A stretch of 63,018 nt of DNA, the filler included, from Octopus bimaculoides (Eukaryota), in NCBI RefSeq assembly GCF_001194135.2. It is 5 parts of 4 records of this genome, joined end to end, with 100 filler letters (N's around TTAATTAATTAA, not from the genome) between each part and the next. Parts side by side here need not be neighbours in the genome. Positions count along the whole stretch, not along the records: positions 16,611 to 43,195 come from NC_068991.1; positions 43,296 to 60,073 come from NC_068982.1; 3 more parts are not named here. One strand, written 5' to 3'. The translations under genes and the position numbers were made by a program. Under the pieces are notes generated by a model. It worked only from the letters and a program-made list of their open reading frames with translations, ran no database searches and was not told the DNA's origin. Below are positions 35,507 through 50,340 of the stretch, in pieces (the stretch's first letter is position 1; each line of letters begins with the position of its first letter).

Positions 35507-36269
35507 ATCTAGAGTAGAGTATCATTTTGATAGTCACANNNNNNNNNNNNNNNNNNNNNNNNNNNNNNNNNNNNNNNNNNNNNNNNNNNNNNNNNNNNNN
35601 NNNNNNNNNNNNNNNNNNNNNNNNNNNNNNNNNNNNNNNNNNNNNNNNNNNNNNNNNNNNNNNNNNNNNNNNNNNNNNNNNNNNNNNNNNNNNNNNNNNN
35701 NNNNNNNNNNNNNNNNNNNNNNNNNNNNNNNNNNNNNNNNNNNNNNNNNNNNNNNNNNNNNNNNNNNNNNNNNNNNNNNNNNNNNNNNNNNNNNNNNNNN
35801 NNNNNNNNNNNNNNNNNNNNNNNNNNNNNNNNNNNNNNNNNNNNNNNNNNNNNNNNNNNNNNNNNNNNNNNNNNNNNNNNNNNNNNNNNNNNNNNNNNNN
35901 NNNNNNNNNNNNNNNNNNNNNNNNNNNNNNNNNNNNNNNNNNNNNNNNNNNNNNNNNNNNNNNNNNNNNNNNNNNNNNNNNNNNNNNNNNNNNNNNNNNN
36001 NNNNNNNNNNNNNNNNNNNNNNNNNNNNNNNNNNNNNNNNNNNNNNNNNNNNNNNNNNNNNNNNNNNNNCCGCCATCGCCACCACCATTTACATTACTAA
36101 ACGCGCACCAAATACGGCTTATCATCCTCATTATAATCAGCAGCAGCAGCAACGGCACCCAGAACAACAACAACAACAACAACAGGAAAAACACTGAAGA
36201 GGTCGTTATTGTTGTTTAGCCCAAGGTCATCCCTGATGGGGGAGATAGGATCGAAAGCATTCCTGCAGA

Positions 36270-36590
36270 TGATCATCTCTACGACGTTTCCAGGTTCAGT
36301 CCCACTGCGTGGCACCTTGTCTTCTATTATAGCCTCGTGAGTGGATTTGGCTGACGGAGACTGGAAGAAGCCCGTCCTATATATGTGTATGTGAGTGTTT
36401 GTCTCTCCATCACCGCTTGACAACCGGTGTTGGTGTGTTTATGTCCGCGTAAGTTAACGGTTCGGCAAAAGAGACCGATAGAATAAGTACGAGGCTAAAT
36501 CCTGGGCTAGCTTTGTTCGACAAAAAACACTTCAAGGCGGTGCTCCAGCATGGCCGCAGTCAAATGACTGAAACAAGTAAAAGAATATAA
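36270..36590 (+). mobile_element. Family A SINE, CpG-intact
   Basis: GGTTCAGTCCCACTGCGTGGCACCTTG...GGCCGCAGTCAAATGACTGAAACAAG. Confidence 0.75.
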
Positions 36591-36594
36591 ACTT

Positions 36595-37210
36595 AGATAC
36601 GTTTCGACCAAAGATTGGTCCAGGCCATGTCTAACTTAATAGCACCTCCTGATCGGATTATCTAAATCCTTTTTAAGTCAAGTTTTGTGGCATCATGGTC
36701 CATTCGAGTAAGGAGTTCTTGTTGAGTGAGTTGTATCCAGGTACAGGTGGCTTATCTGATATTCCTTGAAGAAATCTGTTCAGATTCCGTTTAAAGGTGA
36801 TGAGATCCTTCTCCTCTTTGATCTCTTTTGGGGACAATGTTAAATAGGACAGGGCCTTGTTTTCTGGACCGGAAGGTTCTTAGGATCCAGGAGCTCATCC
36901 TACGAGTTATATCGACCTTATTGTGGATGCGGACACTCCTGCTGAGATTGTTATCAACAATTACTCTTAGGTCTCTGATATTATTAGATGCTGGGAGAGG
37001 TTCCCGCGAAGGAAGAGAGTATAACTGCTTTAGCATGGTCTTTCTTCCAAAATTCATCAGCTCAAATTTTCCCTCGTTTAGTTGCATTTTGGTTCTGTCT
37101 TCCCATTGACTCACAGCATATACATCAGACTGGAGTCCAGTTCGGTCTTCTCCGTTGATGATTTTCTGGAGCTTAGAGTCATCGGCGAATATTTTCTTTT
37201 TACTGCTGTC
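36595..37210 (-). mobile_element. CR1/L2-group LINE 3' remnant with internal deletion
   Basis: IFADDSKL (YADD motif), MQLNEGKFEL, RDLRVIVDNNLS, RRMSSWILRTFRSR, then C-terminal FKRNLNRFL..DKPPVPGY..NSLLEW. Confidence 0.85.
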
Positions 37211-37677
37211 TTGTGACTTTGGAAAGTTCGGTTATATAGAGTATATTTGATTTTCAGTGCAGGTTTTCATGTTGGTCTGCAGATGTTGTATGTGGGAGTA
37301 TTTTAATTGGTTTATTCTTTTATCAAGTCTTTTGATGCTCCTGGTGAGTATTTTTTTCTTTCTGGGGATCCTGTTTCTGTTTGTACTATTATCGCCAAGA
37401 GGTGTAGTCGAACTGTCATTACGGCTGAGAGAAATTTTGATGATCAGTTAATGAGGGTTTGTAAACAAAGTTTCTATTGCCAAGGTTAAACACTCGACTT
37501 CAGAGTTTTCGAAATCTGGCGCCAAGACAAGACGAGAACGCTTCTGTTCTTCAGATATTAGATAAGAAATATAACGTTAAAAACCATCGGAAAAGAGAGT
37601 ATCGTTTCTGCTCATGTTTCAGAGAAAAATCACGCTTTGAATGGCATCGTTCTAAGTCGGGTTCTAGACATCATGTA

Positions 37678-37888
37678 CAGTAATACCTCGCTATATCGCG
37701 GTTCACCTATCGCGGTTTATTATTTAAATTCACGTCGATTCCTCTGTGGTGTTGTTTTGCGTTTATAATAAAATAAATATATGTAAATTATAAAAATATA
37801 CAGTACATTACTGTTTCTAATTCGCGGATTTTCACCTATCGCAGGGGGCTTTTGGAACGTAACACCTGCGTTAGTCGAGGGATTACTG
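37678..37888. mobile_element. Tigger/pogo-like MITE
   Basis: TIRs CAGTAATACCTCG / CGAGGGATTACTG; TA on the left, CA on the right. Confidence 0.7.
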
Positions 37889-38864
37889 CATATATCCGTA
37901 CATGAAGATATGACTGCGTGCGTGTGTATGTGCATTTGTGCTTCTTTGTTTGTGTGTTTTATCCTTCACAGCTTGATTTGTTTGGCAATAAGAAAGCGAC
38001 AAATAAGTACTGATGTTAATTTGACCGTTTAAACTCTTCAAGACGGTGCACCAGCATAGCCGCAGGTCATTTGACCGACAGAAAAAAAAACAACAACAAA
38101 AAGGTGAATGGGTACGTGTGAACGCGCGCGCGTTTGAAACGTGCAATGAATTGGTTGATGTCACAGGAATTTTATAAACTTTTGTGAGAATGGGAATGGA
38201 TTTCGAAGCACACACGAATCTATAAATACCAACAAAATCCCTCAGCTTATTTCTTTAAAAGACTCGGGAAAATGAAACTGAAATACGATTCTCCTACTCA
38301 TTATTTACTGTTCTGTCACTCAGCTCAATTTTGAGGTCTTATGGCCCAGATTTCTTTACAGGAAATTTAAAATTAATGTAACGCATATTACAACCTAGCG
38401 ACGTCGAGTAAATTAAAACACAAACACACCAACACGCTACTACTACTACTACTACAACATTGTCCGACATGCAATATGTTAAAAGGCGGCGAGCTGGAAG
38501 AAACGTTAGGAGAATGGAATAGGTGAGATTTGAACTCAGAAAGTAAAAGGTTACAACTCACTAATGATTTCTAACACAAGCACAAGGTCTCAGTCGATCG
38601 TATCGATCCCTGGACCCTAATATCTGACTGATATTTTATTTTTATCGATCACGGAAGAATGAAAGGTAACCTCGGTGGGGTTTGAACTCAGAATGTTGCG
38701 ATGTAACTAAAGAATGCTTTTTTTAAAATTCCGACACAAAGACAGTAGGGGGGGGGGATAATCGATTATATTGACCTTAGTATATATCTGGTACTTTATT
38801 TTATTGACCCCGAAAAATAAAAGACAAAGCTGGCTACGGCGAGATTTGAACTTAGAATGGTTAA

Positions 38865-39203
38865 GGGTACTTGGTTATCTCACCCCCATTAAAAAATTGG
38901 GTTATCTCCCCACTAAAAAATCGAGTTCATGTCACTACAAGAGACTGGATTAAAAGAGGTCCTTTTGATTCAATACTTCAACACATTGTTGACATTTGGC
39001 CCCCTCAATAGACATGACATGATTTGTTATAAAAACATTAAATTCAATAAGATGTTTAATTTTTTTCAGTTTTTCTTTTATTGAAGGTTAAACAATCTTT
39101 TTTACTTGAGGGAGATAACGAAAAGTAGCGACATTTCTCGTAAAACGGGATGGAGGGATAACCCAATTTTTTAATGGGGGTGAGATTACCAAAATGTACC
39201 CCC
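38865..39203. mobile_element. Foldback/MITE with about 45-bp terminal inverted repeats
   Basis: TTGGTTATCTCACCCCCATTAAAAAATTGGGTTATC and its reverse complement near 39155-39200. Confidence 0.65.
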
Positions 39204-40190
39204 ACAAAAATTAGTGAAACCATGTTCCACACCGTATTTATGAATTTGGTTCTCTCACCATGATACATGGGATCTTTTTTTCAAACCTTTTTTTATTACT
39301 TAAACGAAACATAAATGAATCTTAAAATTTCATTTTCAAACTTTTTTCCATTACACTGACGCAAAAAAATTATTTATGAATCCCTTTCTCTTCGAAAGTC
39401 CTCTCCCCAAACCCTCGGAAACAAATTTTCCCCCACAAATTTCTTTATAATTGGTTCGTTGGCGCAATTGTTTGTTCTCATCTTCGTTTAATACACATTT
39501 TTTTTTACACCTATTACACTTTTTGTTTGTTTGTTTTTGGTGGCCAGGTGTTAAAATAAACATTAACCAAAATTAGTTCTAAATTCTATACAACACTCTT
39601 CCCAATCATCTCCCCAAATACCAGGAATTCCAATAATAACCAAATTCCTAAGAAAATGACGTGCGCATTTAAATATACTTTCGCTTTCACTTTTTGTGTA
39701 AATAAAGCGAGTTAGTTTCAGATGTTAGCAGTAGAACAGACAGGTACCTTTCTAGATAGACTTCGACAACACCCGTAAGTTTATTTTTTATTCACGTTTT
39801 GAGTTAATACCTGTTCGTTAATTGTGAAATACTCGAAAATTCATCGGGATGTCGGGTTACCGGGTAAAATAATACTTCAACGTAACGTCGTTGAAGTTCA
39901 CACCTACGGCACAATAGTTTAGATTCATTAAAACGTCTGCAACTAGTCGTCTGCCTGCTGACTGTCTGTCTATTCGTATTTGCCTTTACCGACGTAACAT
40001 GGCGTTGGTGTTCCTTCGGTATTGATCTACAGAGTGTCAGTATGAGGAGACGACATCAAGCCTAGTCTCTTTATATGTTGTGTGAGTGAATCACGTCGTG
40101 TACCAATATCGAAGAAATGATCATCTGTGTGTGTGTGCGGTGTATACACACACACACACACATATATATATACGTGTGTGTGTGGTGTAT

Positions 40191-40235
<45 letters not shown>

Positions 40236-40323
40236 TATACATATGCACATATATACACACATATACATACATATGTACATACATATATATATATACATAC
40301 ATATATACATACATATATACATG

Positions 40324-40356
<33 letters not shown>

Positions 40357-40494
40357 GTGATGATAATGATGACTACAAACTCATGTTCGAATATTACCAT
40401 CGCCTGATTGAAAGCCCCACACACGCGAAGGCTACGACAAGCCATTTTTGTTATAGGTCCTACATTTTTTTTTTACAAACGATTCCTGTGCACG

Positions 40495-40578
<84 letters not shown>

Positions 40579-41737
40579 NNNNNNNNNNNNNNNNNNNNNN
40601 NNNNNNNNNNNNNNNNNNNNNNNNNNNNNNNNNNNNNNNNNNNNNNNNNNNNNNNNNNNNNNNNNNNNNNNNNNNNNNNNNNNNNNNNNNNNNNNNNNNN
40701 NNNNNNNNNNNNNNNNNNNNNNNNNNNNNNNNNNNNNNNNNNNNNNNNNNNNNNNNNNNNNNNNNNNNNNNNNNNNNNNNNNNNNNNNNNNNNNNNNNNN
40801 NNNNNNNNNNNNNNNNNNNNNNNNNNNNNNNNNNNNNNNNNNNNNNNNNNNNNNNNNNNNNNNNNAAAAGCTACATTTTAATTTTATTTAAAGATACTAT
40901 AATATTCAGAAAACCTTTTTGATGGTATCCCTTTAAACAAAAGACGGTATTTACGTTAACAAAATTATTCTCGGCGTAAAATAAAACCCAACGTAATCCA
41001 CAAAAATTACTTTCTTATGCGGTCGATTTTCACAGTAAAGACAGGCGCCGCGCACTTAAAAATGAATAAGTTTTCTTGTGAAAGGTTTATGTAAAAATAG
41101 ATTTATTATGACCTAAAGAAGATCAAGCGTTTTATTAAATTCTGTCGTTTTTGTGTGTGTGTGTGTATATATGTATAATAGAGAGTGACATTGACAAATA
41201 TTGATATAATTAAACACGCAGTATAACGCCGTATTTTTACTTTCGTTTTCGAATATATGACCTTAAAATACTGTAATATGAAAATCCTGCTTCATATTAC
41301 TGTATATCATACCAAAATCTGTGCTGGGCTCTAGCAGGAACTAAACAACAACAGCTGCTGAATTTAATAGAGTGCTCGATTTTCTTTACATAAAACTTTC
41401 TGGAGCAAACTTAATAAACACCGACGCCCCGCACTTAATCAACGAACATCTATTGAAGAAAACCGATCAGAGGAGATAACTTCTATGGATTATGTCCGAT
41501 TTTAGTTTACGCCAAGAATGATTTTGTTAACGTAAATACCGTCTTTTGTTTAAAGGGATATACGATTAACGAGGGATTTCTGAATTTTTAAAATAAAACA
41601 AAAATGAAACTTTTCGATAGTGAAATTAAATTGATGTCGCAGTGCTGACACACACATGCGTGCGAACGCATAATCAATTTTTCTTTGAATAGTTGATTGC
41701 GAAATCTTCCAGAGTGCCTGCATACGAACTTCATATA

Positions 41738-41821
<84 letters not shown>

Positions 41822-41874
41822 TATACATACATACATACATACATACATACAGAGAGATAGAAGAAAAGACCTAG

Positions 41875-42405
41875 TTTATTATTATTATTGAGTGAGAGAG
41901 CAGTGCATGCCATCAAAGTGACACTGGGGTAAAATATACGAAGCCCAATATACCCATCATGACTACCCGTCTGATAAGAGTACACCAGGCATATGCATCA
42001 CAAGCATATGTGCGCGACATGGTGATCTCGTATCAAGATAAACAGCGCTTGACCTCGCAGGTAGGGCCCAGTTAGAATTTTCTTCAGGTCGAGTAGCCCA
42101 TTCCGCTCAAATGGTCCCTGAATAAGGTTTGTTTAAAGATGTTGAACGAAACACCCATGTTTCCAAAGGTGAATTATCCAAACCCCAAAGAATTCCTCTC
42201 AACACATGGCTATGATGCTCCCCCACTACTTCTGCTCATGACCAGAGATGCACATATCGTCAGCCACCAAGGGACATGCTCAACTGATTAAAGTCAAACA
42301 ACTGACGAGCAAGTATGTCGTATTGAGCAGAATATTTGCTGTAGCCCATCTTTTTATACCAAGACAAAACAATGTACATGATAACACTATTATTATTATC
42401 ATCAT
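41875..42405. repeat. Probable interspersed repeat bounded by (TTA)n runs
   Basis: Balanced-GC 500-bp block between microsatellite tails; family not recognised. Confidence 0.35.
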
Positions 42406-43724
42406 CATTAAACAGCGTCTGTTGACCTGCTTAAGAACATGTATTAACTTCTATGTTTATTCAAGCAGAACTTTACTGCCGTGGAACACGGATGTCTAGT
42501 GAAGTAGCATTAATTAGAGAGTGTGTGGATGGGTGTTTGTATAACTGTGTGCGCGCGAATGCGTGAAAAAAGAGAGACGGAGACAGGCAGAAAAAAAGGA
42601 AAATGTCCCTTACGTTTGAAAACTATGGAAATATATTTTTATAAAATACAATTTCATTTAATTTTTCCGCAATTTAATTGTTTTTCATACTTTACTCCAA
42701 GTTGAAAAAGTCGCAAAGACTGAAACCGTTACTAAAATGGATAAAATTATTTTCGCATTTCCTACCTTGTCTTATTTTCCTTATATATATATATATGTAA
42801 GGGAAACTGTGTGAACAGGCTCGCGTTGGCTGTACAGATCAGAAGAGCTGTATGAACGAATCAACGTCGGGGGTCACCAATTGTAAGGGACGACCGACGT
42901 CGGGGTCACCAATTGTAAGGGACGACCGTGCGAACTCATAAAAGGAGAAATGGTGACGAATGGAAAAACAGAAGACTCCTTTTATTTAAACGTGTCACAC
43001 GGTCGAACATACAAATATATATCAAATGATGATATAGATAATATGTTATGCGACGATAACATAGATGACCAGTAATGAAAGACCACAACCGTATAAGATG
43101 AATAACAGAGATATTTATTGTAGCGTTAAAGATGTATGTCTGTGTGTGAGTGTGAATGCGACATATAAGAACATAATCAAAGACAGGCCGTCATANNNNN
43201 NNNNNNNNNNNNNNNNNNNNNNNNNNNNNNNNNNNNNNNTTAATTAATTAANNNNNNNNNNNNNNNNNNNNNNNNNNNNNNNNNNNNNNNNNNNNATATA
43301 TATATATATAGCGACGAAAAAGAGGAGTTCTATTCATCGCAATTCTCCTATTACCTGAATATCTTCTCATCTTCCCTGAATTGCAAGGGCTTAATTCTCC
43401 GGGGAAATCGATTACTTCTTCCTAAGGACACTATCAGTTCAAGTTTTCATTCTATTATTAAGTGTCACCAGGAAGACAACTGCTTCTCAAATTAGAAAGT
43501 ATTATGGAGAAATATTGCTTTCATATCCATCACCATCATCATCGCTAGTATCTTTATTTTTCCCCAATGTCTGATGCAGTGCAAGTTGTGGTTTGATTTG
43601 CATTGCATGAAGAAACGTTCTGATACTATTTCATGCAATGGCAGTGACTTTATTTCCAGTTTGTATTATGTCTTTGTAAGTTTCCTTGTAGTACCATTTT
43701 TTTCTTTTTATCCGCAGGAGTAGC

Positions 43725-44105
43725 TGTGTGGTAAGTAGCTTGCTTACCAACCACATGGTTACGGGTTCAGTCCCACTGCGTGATACCTTGGGCAAGTGTC
43801 TTCTACTATAGTCTCGGGCCGACCAAAGCCTTGTGAGTGGATTTGGTAGACGGAAACTGAAAGAAGCCCGTCGTATATATGTATATGCATATATATNNNN
43901 NNNNNNTGTGTGTCTCTGTGTTTGTCCCCCCAACATCGCTTGACAACCGATGCTGGTGTGTTTACGTCCCCGTAACTTAGCGGTTCGGCAAAAGAGAACG
44001 ATAGAATAAGTACTAGGCTTCCAAAGAATAAATCCTGGGGTCGATTTGCTCGACTAAAGGTGGTGCTCCAGCATGGCTGCAGTCAAATGACTGAAACAAG
44101 TGAAA
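43725..44105 (+). mobile_element. Family A SINE, full length, young-looking
   Basis: Most complete copy, CpGs retained; further copies near 13385-13545, 24680-24905, 34270-34440, 47095-47490, 47690-48095, 51295-51690 and 60705-61350. Confidence 0.85.
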
Positions 44106-44433
44106 GAGTAAAAGAGTAAAAGGGTAAAAGAGTATACCAAAATGTTACTCGTTATATGACGGTTAACTGTGGAAGTAAACTTTCGCCACCACGAGTAATA
44201 TCAGTACATATAGAGTACATGCAATAATTATAATTTTATTTTTATGAATTCTTTTGGTGCTTTCACAAAAATATGAAATGAATTCTAACCTTGAAAGGAA
44301 AAATGTTTATTACTTTAAAATATAATTTGATAAAACAAATTTCTCATTTGTGTAACTTCCCACCATAATTACTCTCATTTACTCCCTCTCCTTCTGCCAT
44401 CTTTCTGACTCTTTCTCTCTCACCGTGTGGTTT

Positions 44434-44473
<40 letters not shown>

Positions 44474-45548
44474 CAGCATTCATTTACTCATTACCTGCCA
44501 CCACGCACAGTATGTGTTTTCTTCTTGCACCTCTTATGTTAACTTCCTGTGTACCTCTCTTTTACTCCGTCACTCCTATTTTATACGAAGTAAAGCGTGG
44601 CTGGAGAACTCACTCAACCAACCAACCAAATCGGCTATTATTATATAAAGACTATGTGTTCATCAGTGAAATAGGGCAGTGCGTAGAGTTCACGAATTTT
44701 CATCTTATTAACAGAGAAAAAACTTTGTAGACTGTTAACTTGAAGAATAGTTTGATAACTAATAGCTGGAGCAAAAAAAAAAAAATGACTAATTTTTTTA
44801 TCTTTGGTTGGAAGAAGCTTTTCTTGAACTTCATCTTAATTGTTTTCACGATTGGTTCTATATCCATTTAATAATTCTATAATTCCATTCGCTTATTCTA
44901 TTTAATAGAAGGCGTTAATGTAGCACGTTGAAAGGAATGTAACTAGTTTTCTTTGACTTAAAACAGAAATCATCGTCAAGAGATCTGACAGCAAAATCTT
45001 TAGAAATACAATTTCGAGGTAATATTACACGAAATATTTGCTTTACGGTTGAAAATTTCCTCTCAGAATCCCAAATAACCCCGGATCATCCTGTAAACCA
45101 TCCACTTACGATAAACAGTTATCAGCTACCATTAACATGGTTTTGATTCAAGTGTATACATGTTTAGGGATATAGATTTTTGGCCATGAATGACAGCCCT
45201 TCTCTTGAAAGCTTTTATTTTTGTTTCTTCACATCTATAGATGTAGTCCTCAATATCGTATGAATAACAAAACCAGAATGTTTCAGGATTCGTACGACTG
45301 TGCGTATCAGTAGTACCGTAACAGTCAAAGTTGTGAATAAAAGAGATATAGGTTCAATTCCGACAGGGTATTTACTTGCACGTTCCGTTTTGTGTATCAT
45401 CTAAAGTCTATTTTAAATATCATCTAAAGTCTATTTTACATAGAATAATCCATCAAAATGGAAAAGTGAGTAAGCAAGTAGGAAAGCTGGGTTCTGTAGT
45501 AAAAGAAAACCGAAAAGCACCAAGTTCAAAAGGTAAAGCTACATTGTC

Positions 45549-45621
<73 letters not shown>

Positions 45622-46023
45622 CAATTCCAGAATACATTACAGCTACAAGCAAACTGATCTAATGTTTATAGTTATACAATGACAACGAATAACATCTTTT
45701 TGAACAGAACATGTCTGAAGACAAACTCTCAACACATTTCTGATTTGCGTGAGATATATAAGTCTAAATGTTTTTTAAGTTTCAATTTAAACTTACTTTT
45801 TCGAAATTTAACAGAGATGAAAACATGTATGAAGCTAATACAAAATAAATAACAAAATAAAATAATACAACAGTGATAAAATAAATACAAGATAAATTAG
45901 TCAATTCCTTATTTGTTTGTTATGCGAATTTAATTTTTAAATCCAGAAAAGAAAATATATCGGTAGAAAAAGATCATCTTAGCTCCAGAAAAAACGTGAT
46001 TAACGGATACATACATACATACA

Positions 46024-46056
<33 letters not shown>

Positions 46057-46066
46057 NNNNNNNNNN

Positions 46067-46100
<34 letters not shown>

Positions 46101-47855
46101 AGTGTGTGATTGTGTGTATTTGTATCTGCTAATATGTGTTTTGTGCGTGTGCAACCGACAGACTTTTTCACAATAATCGTCTCACAAATATTATTTACAG
46201 AGCTTCTACTGAACACATTTTCCAAGTGTTGAATGGTGGTAACGACATAAGGACCACGTAATTAAGAGTCGAACGATATCACACATCCATGAAACTAAAA
46301 AGAAAAAAAAAATAATAATATGGAACTTTTACTGAGGAAAAGCAATTTTCTGATTCGTATAAGTACGGGAACGAAAGTTGTTTAGTGGATGCAAACACAA
46401 GTCGAAGCCAAGATGTTCAAAGCATTTTTATTGTTCCAATAAAATCTTAGGGTGTGCGTTTGCACTCCCTGAACCCCATGTTTCCGAGCTTATGAGATGC
46501 TTTTCAATTATATTCCCTCTCAAAATATTGTCTTTCTACTAGATAACTATCACAAACGTCTGAGATATTAAGTAAAATAATCAAGCAAAGTGACTGAAAA
46601 AGGTTTAGCTGTGACAGTATTATGGCGGGGAGGTTTCATCAGTGAAGGTATTTATTCATTCATCTTCTTTGATTAAAGTGTCGCTGATATTTACAATATC
46701 TTCTTCCGTATCGAAATCTCAGTCTATACTGGCAATAAACCAACGTAATAATTTCACTGCTTATTCTGCCAGATTATTCAAAAGGTTTCTCTAAAATCAG
46801 AAAAATAAGACTTTTGTTTCGTCTTGGAGACTCTCCAGACATGGAGCATTTCGAAAAGGTGCAACACATTATTAAAGTAAATTTGAACTGAAGCATGTTA
46901 AAGTAAAGAAACTTTAATGGCGGTGGTAAAATAAAAATGTTACACATTACACACTGGTTCAAACTGCACAAAAAAATCCGACTGAATGAGATGGTCATCC
47001 CAATAGATTATTATGTTTTGATTATGAAAAAATATAACTTTTAAGCATATTTTCTAAATTTGAAGGCAAAATCTAATATGCTTAAACAAAATGAAGATTG
47101 CTGGTTGTGTGGTAAAGAAATTTGTTTCGTAATTATGTGGTTTGAGGTTTAGTCTCACAGCGTGGTACATTAGGCAAGTGTCTTCTATAGTCCTAGGGCA
47201 GCTAATGCCTTGTAAATGAATTTTTAAACGGAAACTGTACGGAAGCCAGTTGCGTATACACGCATATGCACACATATGTATGTGTATGTATGTGTGTGTG
47301 TCTTTCTGTTTGTTCCACTCCTCACTGGGCAACCGATATTGTTTTATTTGCATCCCCGTAATTTAGTGGTTAGGTAAATGAAACCGGTAGAGTAATCATC
47401 AAAACTTGAAAAAGAGTTAAGTACTGAGAGCGAGTTCAACGACCAACTTGTAAAAGTGGTGCCCCATGGCCGCAGAGCAATCACTAAAGAAAGTACACGA
47501 AAGAATCTAACAAATCTTTTTTTGGACTCCTTTGAGATGTTTAGGAATTCAAGAATTTTATGTAGACATGAAAATGAGTGGTATTAAAATACATGTGCGT
47601 TTGACTATAGATTGTATATTAATCAGATGTTTTGCTGTATATCTTGGTTACCATATACCTTTTATCATTTGCTTGTTACGGTCATTAAACTGCAACCATG
47701 CCTTGAAGGATTTTAGTCGACACATCGACCCCAGTACTTATTCTAATCTGGTACTTATTCTATCGTTACCTTTGGTCGAACCGCTAATTTACAGGACGTA
47801 AACAAAGTAATATCTGATGTCAAGCGATGGAGTGGGGTGACAATACAGATACGGA

Positions 47856-47907
<52 letters not shown>

Positions 47908-48568
47908 GACACACACACACACACTCACACACATATACAACGGATTTCCACACAGTTTCCGTCCACCAAATTCACACACATTGGCTGGCACAGGGCTATA
48001 GTGGAAGACACTTGCCCAAGGTCACGCACAGTGGGACTGAACCCGAATCCACTTTGTGGTGCAGAGAGCTTTTTAATCACAGAGCCATGTCTACTCCAAT
48101 CACAGATTGTTTAATTCTGTCGTAGGATTAATGGCATAGCTTACATATTTGACTAGATATAAGACCAGCTGTTATATCTCTTAAGAGATTTGGTAGTAAA
48201 CATTTTGGGAATGCTACAAGCAAAAGACTGGCGAATTAAAAGGTGGCATTTGCATGTGTATTGATACTTAATTGAGATACGTGTATGCACGTATCTCAAA
48301 ATATGGAAGTATAATATTTCAAAAGATATCATTATATATGATTTCGTATTGGTAATATGAGTATATAAAAAGAATGTTCCTAAAATTGTATCACATAACA
48401 AAGTACAGATATAGTTATTTTAATGTTGACTGTCAATATAATGTTTCTGTTGAAAAAAATATTAAGATTTCAAGTTGAAGGTAGCTTTATAATCATTTTG
48501 AGTAGACATGTTTATGTGTATATAAATATATATGAATTAAAATATATGTATATGGACATATATATATA

Positions 48569-48622
<54 letters not shown>

Positions 48623-48683
48623 TGTGTGTGTGTGTGCCCATATACATATATCTAAATTCATATGTATATTAGATACATACGTA

Positions 48684-48741
<58 letters not shown>

Positions 48742-49179
48742 CATATATATGAGTGCAAATAAATATGTACTTATATGTATATGTATGCGCACATACATAT
48801 ATTCATTAGTTACAGATACATAACTCTTGAACATCAAGTGGCCCAGACGCGAAAAGAAGTAACTTCAAAGCACAAAGATATGATAAAGTTACAAACTTTA
48901 GATTAAAATATTGAACGGAAACTCATAAGATGTTTATAGAAATATTTGATAAAATACTGAAAGAGCTGACTGGCTAACGGGGGGAAAAAAGCCATGTTGA
49001 TACTCGAGATACGCCCTAAATCTACATCCCGATAACTTGCATTTTTATAACGTAGAAGAGCTTTTTCTGCAATAATACGATAGAGGATAAATAATCATGA
49101 GGGAAAACAGCTACTTGTTTCAAGAAGATTAGAAGATATGCTGCAAGTCCTTATAACTGTAAATATTAATTACAGATCA

Positions 49180-50340
49180 ACAAGGCTGTAATTGAAAACT
49201 GCAGGCGAAGAATAAAGGGCTTGAGCACAGCCAAGGGTATTTTCCACTGTTCCCCGGATGTAGAAATATTTGGCATGATTATAATATGAATAATAAGCAG
49301 ATACATAAAGTCCACCATGAGTAAATGACATAATTTTAGAGATGCAGACAAGGAAAATATACCATCTACCCTCATCTCTGAAGAGGAATATTGCAGGGAG
49401 ACTCCCTCTCCCGACTTCTGTTCTGTCTGTTGTCAACACCTTTAAATTACCTGTTAAACCAAACTAGACTAAGATACAAGTGGTTTGTACACAAATGGTC
49501 TCAAGTTGTACACTGATGATAAGCAACTAGAAACACTGCTACAGAGAGTACACGGGTTTACCTGAGGAAATAATATGAGCTTTGGATTAGATAAATGCTC
49601 CAATAAAAATTGATGAGGGAAAAAATAATTAAGAAAGAACACTTTTATCATGCTAGATAAAGAAACAGACACAAGAGGATTAGATCCAAACTCAGACTTA
49701 CAAATACTTAAAAATCAATGAACTAGATAGAACACAACATGTAAATGAAAGGAAAGATGAGAAGTGAATATTAATGATGCACTAGATTAATATTTAGAAG
49801 AAAGAAAACAGCAAAAACTAAGATAATAGGCACTGATACTGCAAGTGTTCCAGCAATAAATTAGGGTTATATACTCAACAGGACGCTAAATAAGGTGGCA
49901 GGGCATAGAATGAGTATATTTACAATAATTTCGAGAAGGCAGGTGCTTTTGCATCTATATGATGTAGCAAAGAAATCTAATATAAAATATCTATCCCAGA
50001 ACCACACAAATATCTAGTAACGAATAATGAAAAAACTTGTACAAGTATGTCAACAAAAGATAAAATGATCGACAATTGTGAGAAGAAACTAGAGAAAACA
50101 GTAGACATTGTGTAAAAACTAAAACTAAGGTAAAATTAGGAGTACAGAATGTCCTGCTAAAGTGATGGCAATAAAAGCACCTACAAGGCAATACCCGAAA
50201 GAAAACAAAACTAAACAGAGTGACGAAAAATATCACTACACTGGTTCAGAAGTTCGGAGCTCAAAGCTGGAACTGAAAGATTCTTAACTGTGACACAGAA
50301 TTCAAACCTCACTGAAATCACCAAAGACATGTAATAAAGT
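49180..50340 (+). mobile_element. Highly decayed R4/Dong-like non-LTR retrotransposon
   Basis: YTNGLKLYTDDKQLETLLQRVHGF...MSFGLDKC (YMDDLKLY...FGLDKC family motif), NKIIGTDT..VPAI, SELKAGTERFLT.TQ (LK.ETEG.I.AAQDQ). Confidence 0.6.
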
